Positions 48,725 through 61,659 of a stretch of DNA of 64,000 nt are shown piece after piece. Source of the DNA: Octopus sinensis. Taxonomy: Eukaryota. The position numbers and the translations under genes were made by a program. A model generated the notes under the pieces. It was not told where the DNA came from. It saw only the letters and a program-made list of their open reading frames with translations, and ran no database searches. Each line of letters begins with the position of its first letter. Within the stretch, counting starts at the first letter, position 1. Location: the NCBI RefSeq assembly GCF_006345805.1, contig NC_043020.1, forward strand, positions 2,790,001-2,854,000. The letters are read 5' to 3'.

Positions 48725-49976
48725 ATAATAATCTTTTCTACTATAGGTACAAGGCCAGCAATTTCAGGAGAGGTGTTAAGTAGATTACATCGACCCCATT
48801 ACTCAACTCGAACTTAATTTATTGACCCCAAAAGGATTAAAAGCAAAGTCGACCTTGGTGGCATTCGAACTCAGAATGTAGCAGCAGACGAAATACTGTT
48901 AAGCATTATGCCCGGTGTGCTAACGAGTCTGCCAGCTTGCTGCAGAATAATAATGCTTAAAATGGCAAAAGAGAGAAGTGAAGAAAATGGATACCAAGAC
49001 CAGAAAAATGTTGACAGTATATGGAGCCTTCCACCCTAAGAGTGACACTGACAGGTGTCAGAAGAAAGGGTGGGAGAGGTTGAGAGGTTTGATCAGTTGC
49101 TAGAACTGTATTGAAGTAGAGGAAAGCAGCTTAGGGTGGTATAAAAAGAAATGCTGCAGAGCCACTGTTGAAACACAGAAAGAAGGCTGGTGTCATCAAA
49201 GCTGAAAATTGCGTAACTAAAGAAAAATTTAAACAAGAAATGAACAAAAAAAAAAGAAAAAGCATGGAAGGAAAGGTACAAGGCCTTGGAAATGTTTTTT
49301 TTTTTTTGGAGAAGGGGGCTAGTCAATTACTTTGACCCCAGTGTGTAGCTGGTACTTATTTCATTGACCCCAAAAGGATGAAAAGCAAAGTCGACTCTGG
49401 TGGAAGTTGAACTCAGAATGTAGCAACAGGTGACATACTGCTAAGCACTTCGCCCAGGTGTGCTAACGAGTCTGCCAGCTCACTGCCTTAATAATAATAA
49501 TAATAATTATAAAAATAATAATAATGTTTTCTTTATTGATCCCAAGGGCCAGACACAAAATGAAAAAGGCATTACAAAAACAAGGGACAGTGGAGCTTAA
49601 CACAAAATTGTGTATACAATGATAATCCTTTCTACTATAAGCACAAGCCCTGAAATTTTGCAGGAAGGGGGGGGGGCTCGTTGATTACATTGAGCCCAAT
49701 GCAAAAGGATGAAAGGCACAGTTGACCTCAGTGGAATTTGAACTCAAAACGTAAGAACAGATGGAATGCTGCTAAGCATTTTGCCCAGCATGCTAATGGT
49801 TTTGCGGGAGGGAGTAAGTCGATTACATTGACCCCTGTGCTCAACTAGTACTTATTTTATCAACCCTGAAAGGATGAAAGGCCAAGTCCACCTCGGCAGA
49901 ATCTGAACTTGGATCCATGAGATGCTGCTGTTAAGCCTTTCACCTGGTGTGCTAATGATTCTGTTAGTTTGCTGCC

Positions 49977-50020
<44 letters not shown>

Positions 50021-51432
50021 CTATTCTACTAAAGGCCTGAAATTTGGCGGGAGGGGACTAGTCGATTATATCGACCCCAGTGTTTCACTGGTACTTCATT
50101 TATCAACCCTGAAAGGACCAAAGGCAAAGTTGAGCCTGGCAGAATTTGAACTCAGCATGCGAAAATTGATGAAATGCCTCTAAGCATTTAGCCCAGTATG
50201 CTAACAATTCTGCCAGCTTGACAGCCTAATAATAACAATAATAGTAATAAAACTAGTAGTAGTAGTAGTAGTAGTAGTAGTGATAATAATGATAATAACA
50301 AATAATGATGATGATGATGATTTATTTTATTGGTTATAAGGGTTCAATATTTTGGGGGATAGTACAAGGGTAAAATGCAAAAGAGCCAGACGGCCACAGA
50401 TTTGGTGGAGGGGAATAATCAAATATATGACATAGTAGTAGTAGTAGTAGTAGTAGTAATGATTGCTAACATAAGGCATAAGACCACAAATTTTGATTAA
50501 ATTAAATAGTAGTAGTAGTAGTAGTAATGATCTTTCCTATAATAGGCACAAGGGCTGAAATTTGGTGGGAGGCCACTAATTGATTACTTTGATACCAGTA
50601 ATCAACTGGTTCTTGTGTTATTCTTTTATTGTCCCCCAAAAAGGATGAAGGGCAAAGTGAACCTCAGTGGAAGTTGAACTCAGAACATAAAAATGGAAGA
50701 AATGTTGCTAAGGAATTTTGTATTTGGTCCAGCATGCTAACGATTCTACCAGCTCACCACTTTAATAATAATAATAATAATAATGATAATAATAATAATA
50801 ATAATGATAATAATAATAATGATAATGATAATAATAATGATGATGATATCAATGGTGATAATTCTTTCTAATTCATGTACGAGGCCAACAATTTTGAGGG
50901 GAGGGTGTAGTTGATACTTTCAACCCCAGTACTTAACTGGTACTTTATTTTATCAACTGCAGATGGGTATAATAATGACAGCAGCAGCAGTAGTAATAAT
51001 AATAATAATAATAATAGTAGTAGTAGTATAGTAGTAGTAGTAGTAGTAGCAGTAGCAGTAATAATTTCGAATTTTGACACAAGGCCAGAAATTTTGCAGG
51101 AGGGAATAAGTCAATTACAATGGCCCCAATGGTCAACTGGTACTTATTTTATCAACCTTGAAAGGACGAAAGGCAAAGTGGACCTTGGCAGAATTTGAAC
51201 TCAGAATGTAAAGAGACAGGCAAAATGCTGCCAAGCACTTTGTCCGACATGCTAACGATTTGGCCAAATAACAATAATAATAATAATGACAATTTTTTAC
51301 ATAGGCACAAGACCAGCATTTCAGGGGAAGGTGGGGAACAGTCGATTACATCAACCCCAGTATTAGACTGGTACTTTATTTTATTGACTCCAAGAAGGAT
51401 GAAAAGCAAAGTTAATCTGGGTGAGATTTGAA
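48725..51432 (-). mobile_element. Array of about 9-10 family B SINE copies joined by (TAA)/(TAG)/(TGA)n linkers
   Basis: Repeated aaggatgaaaggcaaagtygacct...gaatttgaactcagaa...gctaacgattctgccagc, all in the same orientation. Confidence 0.85.
48985..49280 (+). mobile_element. R4/Dong-like LINE fragment
   Basis: MDTKTRKMLTVYGAFHPKSDTDR...RRKGGRGL motif. Confidence 0.65.
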
Positions 51433-51621
51433 ATATAATACAAAAAAAAAATATTGAAATGAAAAATTTTAAATCTTCAGAAAGTTAAAAAAGGAAGTTT
51501 ATGAAAGGTGGAGGATGAGGAGGAGAGGTGGAGGAGGAAGAGGGAGAGGAGGTGGAGAAATTGAGAGAGAATATATTTTTAAAAAATTTACAAATATTGA
51601 AAAGTTAGCTGAAATGACTGT

Positions 51622-52012
51622 TTAGGTTACATAAAGGAACAATTTTGAGACAGCTTGACCAATTAGTTGGTGCTTGTCAGAACTGTACATGTCCATAGTC
51701 AGTTGGATCTTTATGTCTTGTGGCCCAGGTATCCGTCGAAGGAGTTCAAGGGCTGCCGAATTGGTGGTGTAGTTCAAATGGAAATACTGTTGACTGATCT
51801 TGGCCACACCGCCCAGCTGCGGACTGGCGTCTTGTAGCTTAAGGCTGAAGCGGAAATACCTCGACGGCAAGATTCGTCCGGAGATTGTGAACAGCGTGGT
51901 AGGCACCTTTATTTTGGATGGGAAGGTCATGAAGTTGTAAGAGAGCGACAGGGGCGATGTGAGGCACTCGATATTTTGTACTGGACAAATGCTTGGTCGC
52001 TGGCAACGGACA
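51622..52012 (-). CDS. Fibulin-1/2-like gene, terminal exon (fibulin C-terminal domain)
   Basis: VRCQRP...LSYNFMTFP...RRIPGPQDIKIQLTMDMY...AVSKLFLYVT*. tctttcag acceptor, phase 2. The pattern fits fibulin domain III better than hemicentin. Confidence 0.88.
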
Positions 52013-52844
52013 CTGAAAGAGAAAGAGAAGATGACACACACACAATCACACAATAAGCAAAAACAATAACAGGAGCAGCAAAGATATTTGTGGTTAATTC
52101 TTACACTTCTAATGTTGCAATGGGTGGCTGTAGGGTATGGAGAGCAAAGTATGTTGTTATTTGGCCCCCAAATCAACCCTGGTATCACCAGTAGTCTCTT
52201 TTTCTTATATCAGGAACTACATGGACCATTTTATTTCCTTGTGCTACCCTCTTGCGATGTGCTCTGTTCAATGTAACACAGCAAATTAACAGTCATTAGA
52301 ATATCATATTTCACCTTAATAATCTTTTATCACCTTCTTCTAGTTCGTTTTACTTTGTATTCAAATCCAGCTAAGGTCAACTTTATTTTTCATCCTTTCA
52401 AGGCCAATAACTACCCCAACAAAAAAAACCGCTATCATTCCAGGTCAGTTGGCTGGAGGATGGAACTGTTTGAAATCTTAGAGCATCGTAAAAGTGCTTT
52501 GCAGTCTCTGTTGTAGTTCTTTGTATCCTTAGTTTAAATTCTCCACCTTCCTGCACTCCTCCTCTCGGTAACAACATTACTGTGAAGCACTGCAGTTGAC
52601 CGCAGCATTAAAAACCAACTGATTATGAAACTCCAGGGGAACTCTGCAAGCTGTATTTATTAGACAACTTACTTAGGAGGGAAGTAACATTTTCGATTCT
52701 GATACAGAGTAGTGAAAATTCTTTTGTCCTCTAACATGGGGCAATCTTTCCAGTGCTGATGCAAGAACCAAATGCACGTAATGCACACTGAAGGACATAA
52801 CATAACTGCAAAGTTGGCTGGTTTCTCTGCTGCTGTTTGTGCTA

Positions 52845-53180
52845 GGCAGGGAATTGGCTGAAGGCAAGCGCACACAAGGTGGGCAGAAAATGTGCTTCAA
52901 AGATACACTCAGAGCCTCACTGAAGTGTTTTCAGATAAACCCTGGCATCTGGGAAATGCAGGCACAGGAACACCCTGCCTGGCATAGCTGCACCAACAGA
53001 GGTGCCACCTCCTACTAACAGAATAGGATCGTAGGAGCACAAAGAGAACGTGAACTGTGCAAGTCCAGAGCCAAGTCCTTGCCTTGATTCCCAGCAGACC
53101 ACCACTGTTTGATCTGCAGCAGAACCCCTTCTGAGCATGCATTGAATTGATTGACCACAGCCGAACACACCGTGTCCCAT
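52845..53180 (+). mobile_element. RTE-BovB-like LINE C-terminal remnant
   Basis: One frame reads GKRTQGGQKMCFKDTLRASLK...WE..AQE..AW...GA..Y...R...HCLICSR, matching the BovB-type ORF end with a terminal CxxC. Confidence 0.7.
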
Positions 53181-53409
53181 CTTCTTCTCCTGTGTGATGT
53201 TCTTGTTCATTATTGACAGCAATGGATGAACATAATGGATGTGCCAGAGGATGCTGACTCTGATGACTAACAAGAAACTGTAAAACCCACCAAACCCTTA
53301 GTAAAACAAATGCAAAATGATGATGATGATAAGGATGATGATGATGATGTAAAGATATATATATATATATATGAGAAAATAAGTTTCTGAAAATATGGAA
53401 AAAGAGTCA

Positions 53410-54290
53410 ACCTTGAATTTCACAGAGGTTAACTTTGCCTTTCATCTGTTTGGGTTTGGTAAAATAAGTACCAGTAAAGTTCTGGGGTTCATATAATTGA
53501 TTTGCTCTCCCCATCCCCCAAATTTCAGCCCATGCGCCTTTAGTAGAAAGGATTATTATTATTATTATCATCATTATTATTATTATTATTATTTAAGGCT
53601 GCAAGCTAGCAGAATTGTCAACATGCTGGACAAAATACTTAATGGCATTTCGTCTGCCTTTACGTTCTGGGTTCAAATATTGCCATGGTCAACTTTGCCT
53701 TTCCTCTTTTTGGGGTCAATAAATTAAGTACCAGTTGCGTAGTGGGGTCAATTTAATCGACTGGTCCCCCCCACTCCCCAAATATTTGGGGCCTTGTGCC
53801 TTGTGCCTAGAGTAGAAAAGATTATTATTATTATTTAAGGTGGCGAGCTAGCAGAATTGTTAGCACACTGGGCAAAATGCTTGGTGGTATTTCGCCTGTC
53901 TACATTCTGAGTTCAAATTCCACCGAGGTTGATTTTGCCTTTCGGTGACGATAAATTAAGTACCAGTGAAACACTGGGGTCGATGTAATCGACTTATCCC
54001 CTCTCCCAAAAATGGCTGCCCTTGTGGCAAAATTTGAAACCATTATTATTATTATTATTATTATTATTTAAGGCAGTGAGCCAGCAGAATCATTGGCCCT
54101 CTGGGCAAAATGCTTCACAGCATTTCATCCATCTTTAGGTTCTGAGTTCATATTCTGATGAGGTCGACTTTGCCTTTCCTCCTTTCGGGGTTGATAAAAT
54201 AAGTACCAGTTGCACCCTGTAATCGACTAACCCCCTCCCACAAAGTTCCAGGCCTTGTGCCTATAGTAGAAAGGACTACTACTATTATTA
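53410..54290 (+). mobile_element. Array of 4 family B SINE copies joined by (TTA)n
   Basis: aagg..gc.agct.gcagaat heads at about 53593, 53837 and 54070, plus a partial copy at 53410. Confidence 0.85.
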
Positions 54291-55877
54291 TTATAGTTAT
54301 AATCAAAACAAACTTTAAAACATTTTAAAATTTCATTTGAAAAAGCGAATTTTTCATACACAGGTGACTCACAAGTTGGGCAAATTCTCTTATAACATTA
54401 AAATGACTTTTATTCCTGAATTATAGTTTAATGAAAAGCACCACCCTAAATGCTTTATAGTGCATCATTTTTGTCTAATAGGTTCCTGATTCAGTTCCAC
54501 TGAAGGTGTTAAAGTCAATTGTATTAGGCAATAAACAAATTTAACCTTCCAGTATTTTATTAGTGATTGCACACCTGATCTCATTTAGTAATCATACACC
54601 TGGTCTCACCTGGCAGTAACACATCATGCTTGAACTGGTAATCATATATACAGCCCTCTCATTTAGGGGCTCACACATCTCATCATACCTTATAGTCTCA
54701 CATCTAATAAGTACACAGCCAGTCTCACTTTGATGACCACATACTTAGTCTCACCTGGATGGTCACAGCTTGAATGACCTTGACCATGGGCCTACTGGAT
54801 TAAGGCTGTTCCTGGCTTAAACAACAATAACCACAACTTCAGATCAATGATATCAAAAGCTCTACTTCAACATCATACAAATCCTTTTGCCACTAAATAG
54901 AGGAACATCATCTGGCTCCCTTTTTAAAGGCAGGAGGTGAAGCAATCCACATGATAGAATTGGCCAATAGGTGGATTCCTCCTACCTATGGCAACAGAAC
55001 CCCACAACACAGCAATGCTCAGACACTGTATGTGTGCTTACAATACAATTTCACTACTTTTCACGCATCTCATATATTTCCACCTGGCAGCACTTCTTTC
55101 CTGTTCTCTTCTCAAACTGACGGTGTCCCTTAGTACTACTCCCTGGTTAAAGACTTCTGCAAATTATTCATAGTATTTGTCAGCTTAAAAGTCTTCTGAA
55201 ACAGTCCAACTAATTGGTCCTTATTTGATGCTCAGAGTTTGCCCCCAAATGTCATTGCTCTTACCCACAAATAGATTTCTATATATTGCTAATATAGAAC
55301 TTCCATTATGCACACCGTCCAGCTGATTGGGGACGGTGAAGGCACCCAATCTGGGACTGCAACCTTAGAGATGAGAGGCAGCAAATTGTGTCTTACAAAT
55401 AGGGGTCACACCTGCTCAACATCCAAGAAATCTGCAGGTGGAACAGTCTCATTACATGCCTGTGCATTAGCAGTCATGGCATGCAAAGTCTGACTACCAG
55501 AGGGTGCTGCAACAGATGGACTTCCTGACCAGTGGAACATGTCTTTTCCAGAGGAAGCAGAAAAGTACCATCATCATCATTACTACTAGCATCATCATTG
55601 CCATTGTCATGCTAATAATATACACAAAAATGAAATATATTTAAATATAGCAAAATACGTCTTTTTATGAAATTCCTCAAATACAAATATAGCCATAAAT
55701 AGGGGTCATAATATTGGGGCACAATTTCCTTAGATATGGGATAAAAATAATTCTTGCTGGTAAGTGTAAAGCTCCAAATTTTATGGTTAAAATTTGACTG
55801 GACTCTCTGGTGTCATGATATTATAACTGTCTGGTCTATTGTAGATGCATGGTTGAATTCCCACTTCTTGTCATTTG

Positions 55878-56088
55878 TCCCCTTAGCACTCAAATCATCC
55901 TGTCAAATGTAATATTTATTTATTCACATTGTTTTTTAATTAATCATGCATAGCTTTGAGATTTCGATGATGGGATTGTCTATTTTTAGAACGACATTGT
56001 AGGGTAAATGTGAGAGGCTGGATCTGGTGGATTTAAATATAAAACAGGTAGAATATTTGGGCCAGATATGCTTGATTTAAAGGGTTAA
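55878..56088. mobile_element. piggyBac-like MITE; other copies at 59820-60028 and a partial at 10200-10280
   Basis: ccctt...aaagggttaa termini (TTAA) and shared internal ttttagaaYgacattgtagggta. Confidence 0.6.
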
Positions 56089-58169
56089 GGGGAATTCTTA
56101 TATATATATATATTATGAGCTATTATTTCTAGGTTCATTTGTACTTGAATAACTTTGTAAAAAGACTTATTTTCTAATTTCTCAATGCTTCAAAAATATG
56201 GTCTAAAAAACAAACATAACTATAACAATTTTTGTATCATAACAATGAGTAAACTATTTATATCTGATCTTTATGGTTTCTATTCAAATGTACTTTTAAT
56301 TGAGGATAATAAATTCCTCAACGTGGAATGACATTTAAAATCAAAATGAAAAAGACTATAAAAAAAAGAAAAACTACCATGTAGACTGTTATTGAAGAAA
56401 ACAATATTTTGTTTAAACTACATGGCTGACATTGGACAAATAATTATGGCATGTTTGCATGCCTACATTCATACATACATGCACACATACAAATATAGAT
56501 ATATGTGTGTGTGTATATATATATATGCACACACACATATATATATATACACACACGTATATATATACACATATATATATATATGTATGTATATGCACAT
56601 AAAAACAGGCAGACACACATGCACACACACACACACACAGTGTTATTACTTCCCTCTTAATTTCACTAATTCTTCTGCTGATATATATAACTATCCATTG
56701 TCTGTGTTTGGCATATATTTATTTTCTAGTTTTGGCTTACTATAACAACATTCCAAGATAAGGACATACACATGTGTGTGGAATATCTGTGTATGGGTGT
56801 CTGTGTGTGTATACAAGAAACAACATTTCTTCCTGTGTTTGTGAGTTTTAATCTTTTTTCGTTAGGTATTTTTATATATTTCTTTTTTTTTTATGTTTAG
56901 TTTGGAACAATGGCATTCCTTAGTTCATTAATGCTTCAAGACCTTCTCAGTTGCATCATCAGGATGAGATGATAACATTGGTGCATCAATAATGTCCTTT
57001 GTAGTACACCAGAGAGGATCATGGGAATACTGTGATAACTGATAAAATTATCATTTGCTACATCAGAGACATCAGAAACTATCTCGTTAGTGGAGGCATG
57101 GCAACACATTATTATACAGTTCGTGGAATAAAACTGAACGGAAAAACATTAATTGCGAATACTATATTATCTTGTATCTTTTACTTGTTTCAGTCATTAG
57201 ACTATGGCCATGCTGGGGCAATGCCTTGAAGAATTTTTTGTTGAACTAATCAACCCCACTACTTATTATTTTTTGTTAAGCCTAATTCTTATTGTTTCAG
57301 TCTCTTTTGCTGAACCACTAAGTTATGGGGACATAAACACACCAACACGAGCTTTTATCTTTTACATATTTCTGTCATTAGATTGCGGCCATGCTGGGGC
57401 ACTGCCTTGAAGAATTTTTTGTCGAATTAATCAACCTCATTACTTACTATTTTTTGTTGAGCCTGATACTTATTCTTTCTGTCTTTTTTGCTGAACTGCT
57501 AAGTTATAGGGACATAAACACACCAACACTGGTTGTCAAGTGGAGGGGGTGGGGGACAAACACAAACACAAAGACACACACACACACACATGTATGTATA
57601 TAGAGACGACAGGCTTCTTTCAGTTTCCATCTACCAAATCCACTGATAAGGCTTTGGTCAGCCCGAGGCTATAGTAGAAGACACTTGCCCAAGGTGCCAT
57701 GCAGTGGGACTGAACCTTGAACCATGTGGTTGGTAAGCAAGCTACTTACCACACAACATGCTTGCCCCCAAAAGGATTAGATTTTTTTTATATAGATATT
57801 TTTTTGTGTATGAAAGTCAATATGAATGTATGTGCAAATGAGTTTGTATATAGGGACTAGCTTGTGCTTTGGCCATTCTGGTGGTTGGCTTAAGATTTGT
57901 GAATGTGACATAGTTCTTGAGTTTATACAAAAGGACTGACAAACATAGGAAGTAGAAAGGGGATAAGATTTGGGGGAGGGAATCAGAGAAGGCAGGGCAA
58001 TGGGTGGGTGCGAAGAGAGAAGAGATAGCAGGTGGGTGGAAGAAGGGGAAGGAAACTTTGTGGGGTTTTTGAAATTTATGGCAGTAGAATTTCATAAGGA
58101 CTGACACAGTTACTGTTGAGGTATTCTTTCTGTAGGTCTTTTAATTAGAGTCACCCCCATAACCAAAAT

Positions 58170-58402
58170 CTCCATCACCATCACCACCACCACCACTGCC
58201 ACAGCAACAAACATTACCACTGCCAATACCACCTGCACTATTATTACCACTACTACCAAACCATTATAATCATCATCATCATCACCTTCACCACTATACC
58301 ATCACCATCATCATCACCACAACCACCACTGCTATTATCATCCCTATTACTACCAATATTATCACCACTACAACCATCACCATTATCATCACCACTACCA
58401 TC
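58170..58402. repeat. Degenerate (CAC/CAT/TAC)n trinucleotide tract
   Basis: Low-complexity accaccatcatc run in a fibulin intron. Confidence 0.9.
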
Positions 58403-58728
58403 TGTACAATCATTTCTAGGTCAACCTAGAATTAGAAGAGAAACTTGCCAGATAGAAACTGTGTGGAAGCCTTTCACCTAAAGACACAAACAGTGAAATG
58501 TCTTTAAATCAACAAAACTATATTATACAATTATATTTCTTTTATTTAGGTATCATTTTGTGTGTGTTGGGGGAATTTGACTGTTATTTCTAGTAGGTCA
58601 GACGACCACATAGAGGCTCCTTTTGGGTTTGTGTTGAACCCCACTAGAGGAACTCATCAGTCAAGTTGTGGCCTTTAATTCGTGAGACAGATTATCTGTC
58701 ACCCTAACAACATGTACAATCCATTATT

Positions 58729-59052
58729 TACATTATTTACATTTGACGGATATTTGTCCTCATCTTGTTTGTTGTTAACACAACATTTCGGCTGATATAC
58801 CCTCCAGCTACTAACCCCAAGATTCTGAGTTCGATTCCCAGCAGTGACCTGAACAATAACAATAATAATAATAATAATAACATCAAAAATACCTTAGGAA
58901 TGAGAACCCAGGTTCGAAATTTCCCCAAGACACCTGAAGAAGGTTGGAGGGTATTATCAGCTGAAATGTTGTGTTAACAACAAACAAGATGAGGACAAAT
59001 ATCCGTTGAATATAAATAATGTACATAATTCCTCATCTCTTAAATATAGAAT
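58729..59052 (+). mobile_element. Penelope-style fold-back element with a hammerhead-like core and tRNA-like B boxes
   Basis: Inverted arms 58729-58808 / 58943-59023. CTGAAGA at 58934 and GAAA at 58963. B-box-like GAGTTCGATTCCC at 58827. Confidence 0.6.
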
Positions 59053-59521
59053 TGTATTATGTATAATCTATTTAGCTGTATGTGTCAATAGGTGAAAGGC
59101 TTCCCCACAGTTTCCGTCTGGCAAGTTTCACTTAACAATTCCAGGTTAACCTAAAGCTAATGAACAACACCTATGGTCAAGGTGCCACATGTTGAGGTTG
59201 AACCCAGAACTGTGTGACTGAGAACTGAACATGGAAGCAATAGTATGTATGTGTTATGTGTGCAGAACAAAATATACAGCTAATTGTTACAAACCAAATG
59301 TGTGTGTATACTCTTTTACTTGTTTCAGTCATTTGACTGCAGCCATCATTTGACTGCAGCCATGCTGGAGCACCGCCTTTAGTCGAACAAATCGACCCCA
59401 GGACTTATTCTTTGTAAGCCCAGTACTTATTCTATCGGTCTCTTTTTGCCGAACCACTAAGTGACGGGGATGTAAACACATCAGCATCGGTTGTCAAGCA
59501 ATGCTAGGGGGACAAACACAG

Positions 59522-59571
<50 letters not shown>

Positions 59572-60311
59572 GACAGGCTTCTTTCAGTTTCCGTCTACCA
59601 AATCCACTCACAAGGCATTGGTCGGCCCGAGGCTATAGCAGAAGACACTTGCCCAAGATGCCACACAGTGGGACTGGACCCAGAACCATGTGGTTGGTTA
59701 GCAAGCTACTTACCACACAGCCACTCCCGCGCCTATCTTGTTTGTTGTATATATATTTTAAAACCATATTACCTGTGCTGTGTTATCTATTAAACTATAT
59801 TTTCAAATTTGGGATTATCAAGCCTTTAGCACTCAGATTATTCAATCAAATGTAAAGCTTTTCATTCATATTGCTTTTAATTAATCATGCATTATTTTGT
59901 AGCTTTGAAATTTTGATGATGTGGTTGTATATTTTATAATGGCATTGAAGGGTAAGTGTGATAGGCTAGATCTGGTTGGTTAGAACATAATACGGGCAGC
60001 ATATCTGGGCTGGATATGGCTGGGTTAAGTATTAAACTATATTACCAACATTGTATGCTATGTGTACAGAGCGAAACATATGGCCAAGTGTTACAAACCA
60101 TTTTTATCTAATTTAATGCAATGTGTGTGTGTATGTTCGCATGTTTATGAGTGTACATTTATGTGTGTGTGATGGGTCTTCTCTCTGGGCGCGTGTGTGT
60201 GTGTGTGTTTATGTATGAACTCATGTGGTTGTGCTTATTCATTACTATGCCCTTAATGACAAAGGGTCTGATTAACTTCAACAGGCTCAGGAAATAAAGG
60301 AAGACGCTTAC

Positions 60312-60453
60312 CTATTACCAGGGTTACCATAGGCTGATTTCTTGTAGGCGCTCGGACATTGCACGACAGGGCATTTATGACTGCCACGAGTGTTCACACA
60401 GATGGCATCATAGTTACGGCAGATTCCAGGATTTTCTGAACATTCATCAACGT
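60312..60453 (-). CDS. Fibulin-1/2-like gene, last cbEGF exon
   Basis: DVDECSENPGICRNYDAICVNTRGSHKCPVVQCPSAYKKSAYGNPGN. ttccttaaag acceptor, AG|gtaag donor, phase 1 to 2. Confidence 0.9.
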
Positions 60454-60524
60454 CTTTAAGGAAGAAATGAACAAAATGACAAAAATATTGACTATGTTGA
60501 TAATGTGTGTGTGTGTGTGTGTGT

Positions 60525-60800
60525 GAAGGCACGTCGCTCAGGGGTTAGAGTGCCAGGCTCACAATCTTGAGGTAGTGAGTTCAATTCTTGGACTGGGCTA
60601 TGTGTTGTGTTCTTGAGCAAGACACTTTATTTCATGTTGCTCAAGTTCACTCAGCTGTAGAAATGAGTTATGATATCACTGGTGACCACGAGTGATTGCT
60701 AGTCTTCCACAAACAACCTTACCTGGACTTGTGTGTCTTGGAGGGAATTTTCTAGAAGCAATCTCATGGTCAGTCATGACTGAAGGAGGTCTTTACCCTT
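60525..60800 (+). mobile_element. tRNA-derived SINE family D (another copy at 10280-10540)
   Basis: A/B-box head followed by gtgttcttgagcaagRcactttatttca...ctgtagaaatgagtt, shared with 10280-10540. Confidence 0.7.
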
Positions 60801-60811
60801 TTTGTTATATA

Positions 60812-60964
60812 CATAATTATAATTAGGGTTCAGCTAACTGCTTCACCACATACCGAAATTAGAAATAGGAGATATAAGGATAGTAGCAGAAAAGGGATTT
60901 TTAACTCCTATTTCTAATTTCGGTATGTGGTTAAGCAGTTAGCTGAACCCTAATTATAATTATG
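60812..60964. repeat. Fold-back with 60-bp arms and a 33-nt spacer
   Basis: 60812-60871 is the reverse complement of 60905-60964 with 1 mismatch. Confidence 0.95.
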
Positions 60965-61199
60965 TGGATAATTTTACAATTGCACCTATAAGGGTTATTT
61001 TAACATACCGATCTACTTGGTTAAATTGTTAACTAATTAATTTAATTAATAAATTTTACCCTTCTATTATTAATTTATATATATATATATATTATATATA
61101 TATATATATGTGCGTGTGTGTGTGTGTGTGTGTGTGTAATTGATAATGACAAGTAGTATTAATATTAAAAAGCAATGTATATATATGTATGTATGTATG

Positions 61200-61243
<44 letters not shown>

Positions 61244-61330
61244 ATGTATATATATATATGTGTGTGTGTGTATATATGTATATATATATATATATGCGTG
61301 TATATATATACATATATATATGTGTATATA

Positions 61331-61385
<55 letters not shown>

Positions 61386-61659
61386 GTATTATATATGTAT
61401 ATATATATAGCCAGGACTCAGAACTGAATCTACATTTTTCTACGACTTCCTTTCCTATTGTTCTTGACTTTTGCACTTAGAAATTTCGGGGAGTCAACTT
61501 TCACTGGTAAGGGCCGTTTCAATTAAAATTTTTCAATTATTTTTCTTATGCCATTTATTTGGTACATATAAATCATCACATGTGTGTGTGTGTTTGTGCC
61601 CACGCACACACACACACACACAGACATATATATATATATACATATATATATGAAGACAT

